A stretch of 64,000 nucleotides of DNA from an uncultured Alphaproteobacteria bacterium (GCA_903821695.1 CAIJLX010000097.1:3542-67541), one strand, 5' to 3'. Positions 18,981 to 29,290 are shown, counted from the first letter of the stretch. Translations and numbers: made by a program. Notes: a model not told the origin generated them from the sequence alone.

Positions 18981-21900
18981 GGCCGGAAGACATATCCATT
19001 TGGTCCAAGATCACTACGTGTGAGGCAAGGTTTGTTTTGGAATACAGAATCATTGGTATGCGGCAAGGCGGAAGCCACATCTAGGCCACTCACTGGAATG
19101 TCACATGCTTGATGGCAAGTAGTATCATTCCATACATCGCAACCTTTCTGCCAATTGATACTACGCAGCACGAAGCAATTTGGATCACTCGCATCAACGC
19201 TTTGAATAACCGCGGCTTGGCCAACGCAATAACGGCCATCAATAATCACAGCGATATCACCAGCCTGTGGTGGCGCTGTGTTTATATTACGACTGCTGCC
19301 TTGAATGACTTTGGCCCATAGCGGGGCGTTTGGATCCGCCAACCAATCGATCGGGCTGCGCACCCGACGTACCGCAGCACCAGAAGAAGGACTGGAAAGA
19401 TTAACGTATGGCAAATAAGGCACCGGATTTGTCTCGGTACCGCCTAGCAGTGCCTCAACAAACATCTCGCTATACACCTTATCAGTCGCCCAATTACACG
19501 ATGATTTCGGTGGACATGATAATCCCGCGCAAGATTGCCCTGAATCAGCAGGTGTTGCCGTACATTGCGGTAAAGTTACCCCACTGGAAGAGGCTGAAGA
19601 ACCGCCGCTGCTGCCACCACTGCCGCTACCACTACCACTACCACTACCACTACCACTACCACTACCACTACCACTACCACTACCACTACCACTACCGCTG
19701 CCGCTACCACTACCAGACGAAGATGCGCTGCCGCCACTGGCGCCGCTAGTGCCACCACCGCCGTCAGTATTATTACATCCTTCTACCCTGGTAGTACCTT
19801 GTGGGCAGCCGCCTGGCCGTTCCTCTGGGTTTTCAGCACAGGATTTTGCTTTATAGCCACTTTCCGTTGGATCAACAATATTCGCGCCACAGGCGCGGTT
19901 ACAGGTAAGCGTTCCCTTATTATAATAAGTATCTGGGAAAAGCGGGCAATCACGCGTGACCATATTAATCACCGCACCCTGGCCAGTCAGCGGTGCGCGG
20001 CCTTGGATGGTGTTTAATACAAGCGATGGTACTGCCTCATTGGCCACATGGCGACGCAGTTCGATTGGCGGATCGCACCCCTGCAAACACCGATAGCCGT
20101 TGCCTGCACAGCAATCTTCTTTTCCGCTATCACATGCCTCGATGCTACTTTCACCACTATTGCCAATTTTCACTTTGCCCCACACCCATTCCTGGCGCCT
20201 GCGTATAATTTCTTTTTTCTGCGCGGCAGTATAGTTGGATGTTGGTTTTCCATTCTCCGTTTTGCACAAAACTGCCGTTTCGGTATCGTAGTCTGGGCAA
20301 TTAAAATCTTTAGGCAGATTGCAAGTGGTTGGTTGCTTACTAAAATCTTCTTCTTTCTCCGCCTCGCCCCACTTACCCCAAACAGTAACGCCATACACTC
20401 CATTATCCGTGACGAGGACTTTTCTTCTTAAATATGCTGGCTCCGTGGTATCTGTTGGATCCGGCTTACTATAACGCGGATCATAAACTTCAATCGCATC
20501 CCAGTTTGTTTCGCGGCAGGTAGCAGCATCGGAATTGGCGCAATCGGAAGAAGAGCCGTTGGGCAAGCGAGGAATTTCTGCTTTAGGATTATAAAGCGTG
20601 CGACTAGTCACCAATCCCCATTGGTCTGTACTGCCACAAATGTCGCGTAACTTTCCGTTGTTCATTTCGGTGATTTCAATATGGTCATAATTACGTGTAC
20701 CTGGTTTATCGCCACCGGCTCCAGCAGGCAAACATTGGCTAAGTTCGCTCAACCAACTGATCGATTCGACATAGGCAACATGTTTCGGTGCGCCCTGCAC
20801 TTTCCGCCAAATAATGATATCTCCGGGCTTTACATCCGCTAGGCCCTTTTTGAAAGGCGGTTTATCTTTTAAATAACGGGTCGCATAATCTTCATTCAAA
20901 TAACCACGCTGCACCATGGGCCATGGGAAGGTTGCGTTTTCATAGACAATGTTACCGTTACTATCTTTTACAAAATTACCACTCTCATCTTTTTGTTCCT
21001 GCTTTAATGGTATACGTGCACCGGCCCGTTGCAGCACATAGTTCAAATCAGAACCTCTGCGGAATGTTTTGTCGTAATCACACAAGCAGGTGGTGCCGAA
21101 CCAATTCATGCAGCGCGCTTGATACAGCATCAATTCAAATGCACCACCTTGGTCGCAGCCTGGTGGCCCCTGAATCACACCAAGCTTTGCAACATCTATC
21201 GGTTGCGACATCTGTGCGACAGATGCCGCTGCAGTTTTCTGATTGGTGTCTGCCAATGCCGCACTCGCGATATTTGCAGTCGCGCCAGTCACCGACACCA
21301 CACCAAATACGGGATGAGCTGCAGATTGCGCAGGTGAGAATTTTGAATCTCTACCTTCATCCGCTGTATTATTATCTTGGGCCTTAAATGCACTGGCAAA
21401 AATCAGCTCCTTACTTTTTTTAGGCTGAGGTCCGTTATCTCTTCCACGCGTAACAATCCCAGGATCAGTTGTAATGGGCGCAATGGTATTGATGTTCGGC
21501 TCTTCAAATACCCATCTGCCAGAGTAATATTGCGCTGCCCCAATCGTGTCTTGTTGCACGCCAAACAAAGGGTCTTTGATCGAAGGTGGAATCGTAATAC
21601 TGTAATGACGTTCTAAAATCCGGCAGGCTTCATTTCGCGTTTTATAAAGCTCACTCAGCATAAAACGGTATTTAATACATTGCTCAATCGCCTTACTTCG
21701 CGGCTGAGATGGGCAATCTTCTTTGCAAAAGGCCGCAAGCAAAGGAAGATCAAATAATTTGTAAAAATATGTATCGAAACGATGCAGTCGTTCAATCAAT
21801 ATATCCATCCGCTCTTTATTTAAATATCCAAGCTCGCCATACCAATTTCCACACCGCAATTGATAACCAAAGAAACTCGCAGTGCTGCTTCCTAACGGCG

Positions 21901-22690
21901 TATCTTTATAACTATAATTATGTCGCGGCGACCACGCATGGCAGGCATCGCGTATCCGTGCATATTCTTGTTCATTGCCTCGAGGCGGTATTCGCTTTTG
22001 AGTTTGCCCTTCCCCGAATGCATCTACCAATTCCGGATTCAGGCGTTGAAAATTACCGTTCGCATCTTCCGATTCCGATAAATAACTGCGGTAACATAAA
22101 TTACCGGTAGAACGTATATTTCGATTATTGTCCGCCCTAATTTCGGTTTGCGCATAACGATCGGTGACATACTCCCCACGATCCGCCATCTGCGCATATT
22201 CTGGGATATAGGCTTTTAAGCATTTCGTTAGTTTCTCTTTGCGCACAGCATAGGAATCAAGGGGTTGGGGCTTATCCATACCGAGATAGCCACAATAATC
22301 ATCCAGACTATCAAAGCGTGTATTACGCCCGCAAACATAGGCATCCAACTGCGGATTACGAGTTGCGATCGCCTGCGACCCACCGCTGCCGCCATACATA
22401 CTCGTATTCACCCGCACGTTATTACCTAAAGTCGTACTATAACACGCTGCTGGGTGAACCAAATTGCCCTGATCCGGAAATAAGGTTTCGCCATTATCAA
22501 AGCACCCGCCCCGGGTTGCGTGAATATCGTTGGCGGGAGCATAAGGATAACTGTCAAACGGATCATTATCGCCCTTATAGGGCTGCGCAGCGGGATCATT
22601 ACACCAATAATCTGATATTTTCTTTTCCTGCGCATGGGCGGAAAACGCACCCAATATCATCACCAGCAGTATTAGAACCCGCAATCTCAT
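18977..22690 (-). CDS. large Cys-rich secreted protein with CHAP/NlpC-P60-like modules and an (SG)n linker
   Basis: Signal peptide MRLRVLILLVMILGAFSAHAQ and dozens of Cys residues. The mid-protein module ARCMNWF...PGDIIIWRK....KHVAYVESI...ITEMN fits the CHAP Cys...His...Glu/Asn pattern. The C-terminal module SSCNWAT...AGDIAVI...GQAAVIQSV...LRSINW looks like a second copy with Gln at the His position. A run of SGSGSG... precedes it. Confidence 0.7.
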   Translation of the reverse strand: MRLRVLILLVMILGAFSAHAQEKKISDYWCNDPAAQPYKGDNDPFDSYPYAPANDIHATRGGCFDNGETLFPDQGNLVHPAACYSTTLGNNVRVNTSMYGGSGGSQAIATRNPQLDAYVCGRNTRFDSLDDYCGYLGMDKPQPLDSYAVRKEKLTKCLKAYIPEYAQMADRGEYVTDRYAQTEIRADNNRNIRSTGNLCYRSYLSESEDANGNFQRLNPELVDAFGEGQTQKRIPPRGNEQEYARIRDACHAWSPRHNYSYKDTPLGSSTASFFGYQLRCGNWYGELGYLNKERMDILIERLHRFDTYFYKLFDLPLLAAFCKEDCPSQPRSKAIEQCIKYRFMLSELYKTRNEACRILERHYSITIPPSIKDPLFGVQQDTIGAAQYYSGRWVFEEPNINTIAPITTDPGIVTRGRDNGPQPKKSKELIFASAFKAQDNNTADEGRDSKFSPAQSAAHPVFGVVSVTGATANIASAALADTNQKTAAASVAQMSQPIDVAKLGVIQGPPGCDQGGAFELMLYQARCMNWFGTTCLCDYDKTFRRGSDLNYVLQRAGARIPLKQEQKDESGNFVKDSNGNIVYENATFPWPMVQRGYLNEDYATRYLKDKPPFKKGLADVKPGDIIIWRKVQGAPKHVAYVESISWLSELSQCLPAGAGGDKPGTRNYDHIEITEMNNGKLRDICGSTDQWGLVTSRTLYNPKAEIPRLPNGSSSDCANSDAATCRETNWDAIEVYDPRYSKPDPTDTTEPAYLRRKVLVTDNGVYGVTVWGKWGEAEKEEDFSKQPTTCNLPKDFNCPDYDTETAVLCKTENGKPTSNYTAAQKKEIIRRRQEWVWGKVKIGNSGESSIEACDSGKEDCCAGNGYRCLQGCDPPIELRRHVANEAVPSLVLNTIQGRAPLTGQGAVINMVTRDCPLFPDTYYNKGTLTCNRACGANIVDPTESGYKAKSCAENPEERPGGCPQGTTRVEGCNNTDGGGGTSGASGGSASSSGSGSGSGSGSGSGSGSGSGSGSGSGSGSGSGSGGSSGGSSASSSGVTLPQCTATPADSGQSCAGLSCPPKSSCNWATDKVYSEMFVEALLGGTETNPVPYLPYVNLSSPSSGAAVRRVRSPIDWLADPNAPLWAKVIQGSSRNINTAPPQAGDIAVIIDGRYCVGQAAVIQSVDASDPNCFVLRSINWQKGCDVWNDTTCHQACDIPVSGLDVASALPHTNDSVFQNKPCLTRSDLGPNGYVFRP
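19627..19696 (-). repeat. perfect hexanucleotide microsatellite (TACCAC)11 (coding-strand GGTAGT, encodes Gly-Ser)
   Basis: Eleven uninterrupted TACCAC units read directly at 19627-19692 plus a partial unit. Imperfect Gly/Ser-coding repeats flank it from about 19600 to 19745. Confidence 0.9.
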
Positions 22691-22731
22691 TCACTCCGCT
22701 GGGCGGCACCTCGAAAAGATATAAGCGTGGT

Positions 22732-22760
22732 GTTGCATGCGGCCTGCTCCATGGTATAAT
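22732..22760 (+). promoter_or_regulatory. candidate extended -10 promoter giving a leaderless tsaC mRNA
   Basis: TTGCAT (22732-22737), a 17-nt spacer containing TGg, then TATAAT (22755-22760). The tsaC ATG (22766) starts 6 nt after the -10 hexamer and there is no SD. Confidence 0.4.
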
Positions 22761-22765
22761 ATATC

Positions 22766-23326
22766 ATGACAAATCCCGTACAAACTGCAATCCAAAAACT
22801 GAAAAACGGCGAGATAATCGGCATTCCGACCGAAACCGTCTATGGGTTAGCGATCGATGCCGGAAATAATGCCGCAATTGATGCACTTTATGCTCTCAAA
22901 GAGCGCATTTCCGGCAAACCCTTCCAAATCATGGTCAGTACGCTGGATGATGCCGCCAAACTGGTAAAAATTGATGCCCGGGCGCAAAAATTGGCCAAAG
23001 CCTTCCTCCCCGGCCCTTTAAGCCTAGTGCTTTCATGCCGCGAGGGAGACGGAACACTAGCTATCCGCATCCCAAGCCACCCGCTGACCCACCAATTACT
23101 AGTAGAATTCGGCAAACCCATCGCCGCCACCTCTGCCAACCCTTCCGGTGAAACGCCTGCTATCTCCGCCGAAGAGGTAAAAGAGCTTTATCCTCAGATG
23201 TTTGTATTAGATGGCGGGAAATATTGCCGAGGTGTTGCCTCCACCGTGGTTGACCTCACTGGCAAGGAACTAAAAATCCTCCGCGAAGGCCCTATTACAA
23301 AAGCGCAACTCACCTCTAGACTCTAG
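22766..23326 (+). CDS. tsaC: L-threonylcarbamoyladenylate synthase, YrdC/TsaC type
   Basis: 186 aa. [24 protein letters not shown] and ATSANPSGE are typical of the Sua5/YrdC/YwlC family. Confidence 0.85.
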   Translation: MTNPVQTAIQKLKNGEIIGIPTETVYGLAIDAGNNAAIDALYALKERISGKPFQIMVSTLDDAAKLVKIDARAQKLAKAFLPGPLSLVLSCREGDGTLAIRIPSHPLTHQLLVEFGKPIAATSANPSGETPAISAEEVKELYPQMFVLDGGKYCRGVASTVVDLTGKELKILREGPITKAQLTSRL

Positions 23327-23352
23327 CCCTTCACCGCATTATACAGGCGGCC

Positions 23353-24210
23353 ATGTCTAAACCGCTCTCGTTTCAACAGCTCATCCTCACGCTCCAGCAA
23401 TATTGGGGTAGTCAGGGCTGTGTACTTTTACAACCCTTTGATATGGAAGTCGGCGCTGGCACTTCTAGCCCTGCCACTCTTTTACGTGCTCTGGGCCCAA
23501 AAGCTTGGAATACCGCGTATGTTCAACCAAGCCGCCGCCCAAAAGATGGCCGCTATGGCGAAAACCCAAATCGCTTGCAACATTATTACCAGTTCCAAGT
23601 TATTCTGAAACCTTCACCTGAAAATATTCAGGAACTGTATCTGGATAGCCTGCGCGCTATTGGCATAGATACATTAAAACACGATATCCGTTTTGTCGAA
23701 GATGATTGGGAAAATCCAACTCTCGGTGCATGGGGCCTCGGTTGGGAAGTCTGGTGTGATGGCATGGAAGTGACGCAATTTACCTATTTTCAGCAAGTCG
23801 GCGGTATCGAATGCGCGCCAGTATCTGGCGAAATCACTTATGGCTTAGAACGCCTCGCAATGTATGTGCAAGGAATTGAAAACGTTTACGACCTCGATTG
23901 GAACGGCGCTGGCGTCACCTATGGCGACGTGTTCCTGCAAAATGAAAAAGAAATGAGCGCGTATAATTTAGAGCACGCCGATACCGCCATGATGTTCCAG
24001 CATTTCGAAGATGCGGAAAAAGAATGCCACGCCATTTTAAAACATAAACTCGCGCTACCTGCTTATGAGCAATGCGTTAAAGCATCCCACCGTTTCAACA
24101 TCTTGGATGCACGCGGAGCCATCGGCGTTACCGAACGCGCCGCTTATATCGGCCGCGTTCGTGCCCTCGCTAAAGCCTGCTGCGAAACCTGGTTAGAGAG
24201 TCAGATATGA
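23353..24210 (+). CDS. glyQ: glycine--tRNA ligase alpha subunit
   Basis: 285 aa. [12 protein letters not shown]...[15 protein letters not shown] and [27 protein letters not shown] are canonical GlyQ sequences. Confidence 0.97.
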   Translation: MSKPLSFQQLILTLQQYWGSQGCVLLQPFDMEVGAGTSSPATLLRALGPKAWNTAYVQPSRRPKDGRYGENPNRLQHYYQFQVILKPSPENIQELYLDSLRAIGIDTLKHDIRFVEDDWENPTLGAWGLGWEVWCDGMEVTQFTYFQQVGGIECAPVSGEITYGLERLAMYVQGIENVYDLDWNGAGVTYGDVFLQNEKEMSAYNLEHADTAMMFQHFEDAEKECHAILKHKLALPAYEQCVKASHRFNILDARGAIGVTERAAYIGRVRALAKACCETWLESQI

Positions 24211-24569
24211 TGCTCAAATTATTAAAAGGCAAAGTGCACCGCGCGACAGTGACCGATGCAGATTTAAATTACGAAGGCTCCATCGGCATCGATTCCGATT
24301 TGATGGAAGCTGCCGGCATCATCCCGTTCGAGCATGTCGAAGTTTACGACATCACCAACGGTTCACGTTTCACAACCTATGCAATTCCGCTGCCAAAAGG
24401 CTCAGGCGAAATCACCATCAATGGTGCTGCCGCGCATTTGAGCAAACCCGGCGACCTCGTCATCATCTGCGCATTCCAATTCATGGAGCCCGCCGAAGCC
24501 AAAACCCACAAACCAAACCTGGTACTGGTCGGCGCGAAAAACAAAATAAAGAAGATCACCCATGCCTGA
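24207..24569 (+). CDS. panD: aspartate 1-decarboxylase
   Basis: 120 aa. [24 protein letters not shown] contains the self-processing Gly-Ser site, followed by NGAAAH. The gene overlaps glyQ (ATGA) and glyS. Confidence 0.92.
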   Translation: MMLKLLKGKVHRATVTDADLNYEGSIGIDSDLMEAAGIIPFEHVEVYDITNGSRFTTYAIPLPKGSGEITINGAAAHLSKPGDLVIICAFQFMEPAEAKTHKPNLVLVGAKNKIKKITHA

Positions 24570-26610
24570 GTTATTGCTAGAATTATTCTCCGAAGAAATT
24601 CCCGCACGGATGCAACTCGGCGCCGCTGAACAATTGCGTACAAAAGCCGAAGAAGCGCTCAAAGCAAACGGTTTCAAATTCGATAAATTGCAAACCTATG
24701 TCACCCCACGCCGCTTAGTATTAGTGGCCGATGGCATCCCGGCAAAACAGGAAGATGTCAGCATCGAACATAAAGGCCCACGCACGGATGCAGCACCCGC
24801 CGCACTCGAAGGCTTCCTCAAAAAAACCGGCCTAAAAATTGAACAACTCGAAAAACGCGCGACCGACAAAGGCGAATGTTATTTCGCTAAAATCGAGCAA
24901 AAAGGCAAGGAAACTGCAAGCGTATTGCCAACGTTGCTTGCTGAAATCATCACCAATTTCCACTGGCCAAAATCCATGCGTTGGGGTGCAGGCACATTCC
25001 GCTGGGTGCGTCCGCTGAAAAATATTTGCTGCTTGTTTGATGGAAAAATTCTTCCACTCACCGTCGCACATCTTGCTTCCAATAATAAATCCTACGGCCA
25101 TCGCTTCCTTAGCAGCGCTGCATTCGATGTAAAAAGTTTTGCAGAATATAAAGACGAATTACAAAAACGTTTTGTAATCCTCGATTCTGCCGATCGCGCA
25201 AAAGCAATTACGGAGCAAGCTGAAAAACTCGTCTCCGCAAAAGGTTTAAAATTACATCCGGATGATAAATTGCTCGAAGAAGTGTCTGGCCTCACTGAAT
25301 GGCCGATTGCATTGCTCGGCAACATCGAGGAGCGGTTCCTCAAACTGCCACAAGAAGTATTGATGACTTCCATGCGCAGCCATCAAAAATATTTCTCCGT
25401 CGTCGACGCGAAAGGCAAAATCGCACCGCACTATATCGTCGTCACCAACATGAAAACCGACGATAATGGCAAACGCATTTTAGATGGTAACGGCCGCGTT
25501 CTCCGCGCGCGTTTAAGCGATGCCGAATTCTTCTATGCCCAAGATAAAAAACAACCACTCGAATCTTACCTCGCCGGATTAAGTGGCATGGTGTTCCACG
25601 CCAAGCTCGGCACGATGGCCGAACGCGTTGAACGCATCACATCCCTCTCCAAACAAATCGCGACACATTTAAATATCGATCCTAAAAAAGCCGAACGCGC
25701 TGCGCGCCTGGCTAAAGCCGATCTCTCCACCCAAATGGTCGGCGAGTTCCCAGAACTGCAAGGTATCATGGGCGCTTATTACACCAGCGAAGACAAAGAA
25801 ACCGCCGATGCTATCCGTGATCATTATAAACCACTCGGCCCTTCCGATGATTGCCCCAAAGCATCACTTTCTTTCGTTATCGCACTTGCCGATAAAACAG
25901 ATACGCTCGCCGGAATGTTTGCTGTTGGCGAAACACCAACTGGCTCAAAAGATCCATTCGCACTTCGTCGCGCCGCACTAGGTATTATTCGCTTAATTCT
26001 AGAAAATGAATTATCGCTGCCGCTGAAAACTTTATTCGCCGATGCGCTCAAACAATATAACCTCAAAAAAGATGATGCCAAAACCGTTGGTGAGCTGCTG
26101 ACATTCTTTGAAGACCGCCTAAAAGCAACACTCAAGGCACAAGGCACGCGCCATGATTTAGTCTCTGCTGTGTTTGCAAAAGGTGAAGATAATTTGCTGC
26201 AAATTACCCGCCGCGTAGATGCTCTCGCAGGCTTCGTCACCAGCGACAATGGCAAGAATTTGCTGGCCGCTTATAAACGTGCCGCGAACATTTTGGGCAT
26301 TGAAGAGAAGAAGGATAAAAAGACTTATAGTGGTGAGCCTTCGACCCAGATTGCCGAGCAAGAGGAGGAAAAAACTCTGCTCGCGGCGCTGGAGGGGTTG
26401 AAGAAGCCATTGGCCGAAGCGCTAAAAACGCAGGATTATCAAGGGGCTATGAAACAGCTCTCTAATTTGCGCGCGCCGGTTGATGCATTTTTTGACAAAG
26501 TGAAGGTGAATGTGGATAATGCGCCGCTTCGCGAAAACCGCCTGAAAATACTGGCGAATCTTCGTGAGCAGTGTGATGCAATTGCAAAGTTTTCCTTAAT
26601 TGAGGGCTAA
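24562..26610 (+). CDS. glyS: glycine--tRNA ligase beta subunit
   Basis: 682 aa. N-terminus [17 protein letters not shown], then SMRW and GIMG..Y motifs, and a C-terminal anticodon-binding region. Confidence 0.95.
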   Translation: MPELLLELFSEEIPARMQLGAAEQLRTKAEEALKANGFKFDKLQTYVTPRRLVLVADGIPAKQEDVSIEHKGPRTDAAPAALEGFLKKTGLKIEQLEKRATDKGECYFAKIEQKGKETASVLPTLLAEIITNFHWPKSMRWGAGTFRWVRPLKNICCLFDGKILPLTVAHLASNNKSYGHRFLSSAAFDVKSFAEYKDELQKRFVILDSADRAKAITEQAEKLVSAKGLKLHPDDKLLEEVSGLTEWPIALLGNIEERFLKLPQEVLMTSMRSHQKYFSVVDAKGKIAPHYIVVTNMKTDDNGKRILDGNGRVLRARLSDAEFFYAQDKKQPLESYLAGLSGMVFHAKLGTMAERVERITSLSKQIATHLNIDPKKAERAARLAKADLSTQMVGEFPELQGIMGAYYTSEDKETADAIRDHYKPLGPSDDCPKASLSFVIALADKTDTLAGMFAVGETPTGSKDPFALRRAALGIIRLILENELSLPLKTLFADALKQYNLKKDDAKTVGELLTFFEDRLKATLKAQGTRHDLVSAVFAKGEDNLLQITRRVDALAGFVTSDNGKNLLAAYKRAANILGIEEKKDKKTYSGEPSTQIAEQEEEKTLLAALEGLKKPLAEALKTQDYQGAMKQLSNLRAPVDAFFDKVKVNVDNAPLRENRLKILANLREQCDAIAKFSLIEG

Positions 26611-26611
26611 T

Positions 26612-29284
26612 ATGGTGCAGTGGGTTTATAGTTTTGGAGATGGTTTCGCCGAAGGCAAAGCAGAGATGAAAAATCTGCTCGGCGGCAAAGGTGCGAACCT
26701 GGCGGAAATGTGCTCGCTCGGCCTGCCTGTGCCCCCCGGCTTTACAATCACCACCGAAGTCTGCACGCATTATTACCAAAACGGTAAAACCTATCACCCT
26801 GATTTGAAAAAACAGGTGGATGCAGCGCTCGCTAAAATGGAAAAGGCGCTCGGCTTAAAATTCGGGGATGCGAAAAATCCACTCCTCGTTTCTGTCCGCT
26901 CAGGCGCACGCGCGTCGATGCCAGGCATGATGGATACAGTATTGAACCTAGGTTTGAATGATGCAACGGCTGAGGGCCTCGCCAAGAATTCCGGCAACCC
27001 ACGTTTTGCCTATGATTCTTATCGTCGCTTTATCCAGATGTATTCGGATGTGGTGCTAGAGCTCGATCATTATCATTTCGAAGAAATTTTGGAGCTGAAG
27101 AAAAACGAACTCGGCATCAAGCTCGATACACAATTAACCGAAGCCGACCTCAAAGATCTCGTCGTGCGCTATAAAGAAAAAGTACAAGAAGAACTCGGTA
27201 GTCCATTCCCTGAAAGCCCAGAAGAACAAATGTGGGGCGCGATCGGCGCTGTGTTCGGCAGCTGGATGAGTGCGCGTGCGATCACTTATCGCAAACTACA
27301 AGATATTCCTGAAAATTGGGGCACCGCTGTTAACGTTCAATCGATGGTGTTCGGCAACATGGGCGAAGATTGTGCGACAGGCGTTGCGTTCACCCGTGAT
27401 CCTTCAACCGGCGAGAAAATTTTCTTCGGCGAATATTTAGTGAATGCACAGGGTGAAGATGTAGTGGCCGGTATTCGCACACCACAATCGATCACACTCG
27501 AAGGCAAGAAACGCAGCGGTTCTAAATTGCCAGCGATGGAAGAAGTTTTGCCTCCAGTCTATCAAGATTTGGTGAAAGTGTATCAGAAGCTCGAAGCGCA
27601 TTATAAAGATATGCAGGACATCGAGTTCACAGTTCAAAAGAACAAGCTCTGGATGCTACAAACCCGCAACGGCAAACGCACCGCACCGGCTGCTATCCGC
27701 ATCGCCGTTGAAATGGCGAAAGAAGGTTTGATCACGAAAGAAGAAGCGATCAAACGCGTTGACCCTGCATCGCTCGATCAATTGCTGCACCCCACGCTTG
27801 ATCCAAAAGCGACGAAAAAAATTATCGCGAAAGGCTTGCCCGCATCACCAGGTGCTGCTTCCGGCAAAATTGTATTCACGGCAGAAGATGCTGAAAAAGC
27901 GGCAGCAGAAAATAAAAAAGTAATTCTCGTTCGTCTAGAAACAAGCCCAGAAGATATTCACGGTATGCATGCAGCTCAAGGTATTTTGACCGCACGGGGC
28001 GGCATGACCAGCCACGCGGCAGTAGTCGCACGTGGCATGGGTAAACCTTGCGTATCTGGTGCGAGCGAATTGCAAATCGATTTCAAAAACCGCAAATGCA
28101 AAGCAGGCAGCACGGAACTAAAAGAAGGCGATCTCATTACGATTAATGGCTCGACCGGCGAAGTAATTCTTGGCGAAGTACCAACCATCCAACCCAATCT
28201 CTCGGGCGATTTCGCTGAGCTGATGGAATGGGCAGATGCTGTACGCATACTCAAAGTGCGCACTAATGCAGAAACGCCTTTGGATGCATCGACCGCCCGC
28301 AAATTTGGCGCGGAGGGCATTGGCCTTTGCCGTACCGAGCATATGTTCTTTGATGCAGAGCGCATCATCGCTGTACGCGAAATGATTTTGGCGAAAGATG
28401 TAACCGGACGCAAAGCGGCACTCGCAAAAATTCTGCCGATGCAGCGCAAAGATTTTGAAGAAATTTTCACCATCATGAAGGGGCTGCCGGTGACGATTCG
28501 TCTGCTCGATCCACCACTGCATGAATTCTTGCCGCATACGCAGGCTGAGATGGAAGAAGTGTCCAAAGCTGCGAAAGTGGACATCGAAACGATTAAGCAA
28601 CGTGCGATCGCGCTTAAGGAAGAAAACCCAATGTTAGGCCATCGTGGTTGCCGTTTGGGAATTACCTATCCGGAAATTTATGAGATGCAGGCGCGTGCAA
28701 TTTTTGAAGCGGTGATTGCCGTGGGCGATAATGTATTGCCGGAGATTATGATTCCGTTGGTGATGCATCCAAAAGAGCTCGAAATTTTAAAAGCGAAAAT
28801 CGATGCGGTTGCAGAAGAAGTATTTAAAAAAGCGGGCAAGAAACATGCGTACCTCATCGGTACCATGATCGAGTTGCCACGCGCGGCATTGCTTGCCGAT
28901 AAAATTGCAGAGAGCGCTGAATTCTTCAGCTTCGGCACCAATGATTTAACGCAAACAACACTCGGCATCAGTCGCGATGATTCGACGAATTTCATTCAGC
29001 CTTACCTCGAGCAGGGCATCATCGAAAAAGATCCGTTCGTACAGTTGGATGAAGAAGGCGTTGGTCAGTTAATTGAGATTGCTGTTGAGCGCGGCCGCAA
29101 AACCCGCAAAGATATCAAACTTGGTATTTGCGGTGAGCATGGCGGCAACCCAGCATCGATTCATTTCTGTGCACGCATTGGTATGGATTATGTTTCTTGT
29201 TCGCCGTTCCGCGTGCCGATCGCACGTTTGGCAGCGGCGCAAGCAGCATTGGCAAATAAAACCGCGAAGAAAAAAGCGGCATAA
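26612..29284 (+). CDS. ppdK: pyruvate, phosphate dikinase
   Basis: The ATG at 26612 (MVQWVYSFGDG...) lies just after the glyS stop. Motifs GGKGANLAEM, the phospho-His region GGMTSHAAVVARG, and the PEP-utilising domain CGEHGG. Confidence 0.95.
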   Translation: MVQWVYSFGDGFAEGKAEMKNLLGGKGANLAEMCSLGLPVPPGFTITTEVCTHYYQNGKTYHPDLKKQVDAALAKMEKALGLKFGDAKNPLLVSVRSGARASMPGMMDTVLNLGLNDATAEGLAKNSGNPRFAYDSYRRFIQMYSDVVLELDHYHFEEILELKKNELGIKLDTQLTEADLKDLVVRYKEKVQEELGSPFPESPEEQMWGAIGAVFGSWMSARAITYRKLQDIPENWGTAVNVQSMVFGNMGEDCATGVAFTRDPSTGEKIFFGEYLVNAQGEDVVAGIRTPQSITLEGKKRSGSKLPAMEEVLPPVYQDLVKVYQKLEAHYKDMQDIEFTVQKNKLWMLQTRNGKRTAPAAIRIAVEMAKEGLITKEEAIKRVDPASLDQLLHPTLDPKATKKIIAKGLPASPGAASGKIVFTAEDAEKAAAENKKVILVRLETSPEDIHGMHAAQGILTARGGMTSHAAVVARGMGKPCVSGASELQIDFKNRKCKAGSTELKEGDLITINGSTGEVILGEVPTIQPNLSGDFAELMEWADAVRILKVRTNAETPLDASTARKFGAEGIGLCRTEHMFFDAERIIAVREMILAKDVTGRKAALAKILPMQRKDFEEIFTIMKGLPVTIRLLDPPLHEFLPHTQAEMEEVSKAAKVDIETIKQRAIALKEENPMLGHRGCRLGITYPEIYEMQARAIFEAVIAVGDNVLPEIMIPLVMHPKELEILKAKIDAVAEEVFKKAGKKHAYLIGTMIELPRAALLADKIAESAEFFSFGTNDLTQTTLGISRDDSTNFIQPYLEQGIIEKDPFVQLDEEGVGQLIEIAVERGRKTRKDIKLGICGEHGGNPASIHFCARIGMDYVSCSPFRVPIARLAAAQAALANKTAKKKAA

Positions 29285-29290
29285 AGTTTA

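Noticed and set aside
19408-19758. Track ORFs encoding HYHYHY... (plus strand) and VVVVVV... (minus strand, other frame) across the hexanucleotide repeat. The regular repeat also briefly suggested a CRISPR-like array.
   Set aside because: These are alternative-frame readings of the (TACCAC)n microsatellite inside the 1237-aa gene. The units are 6 nt with no spacers, so this is not CRISPR.
27976-28600. Minus-strand ORFs of 202 aa and 160 aa inside ppdK.
   Set aside because: They are antisense shadows of a highly conserved gene and have no motifs.
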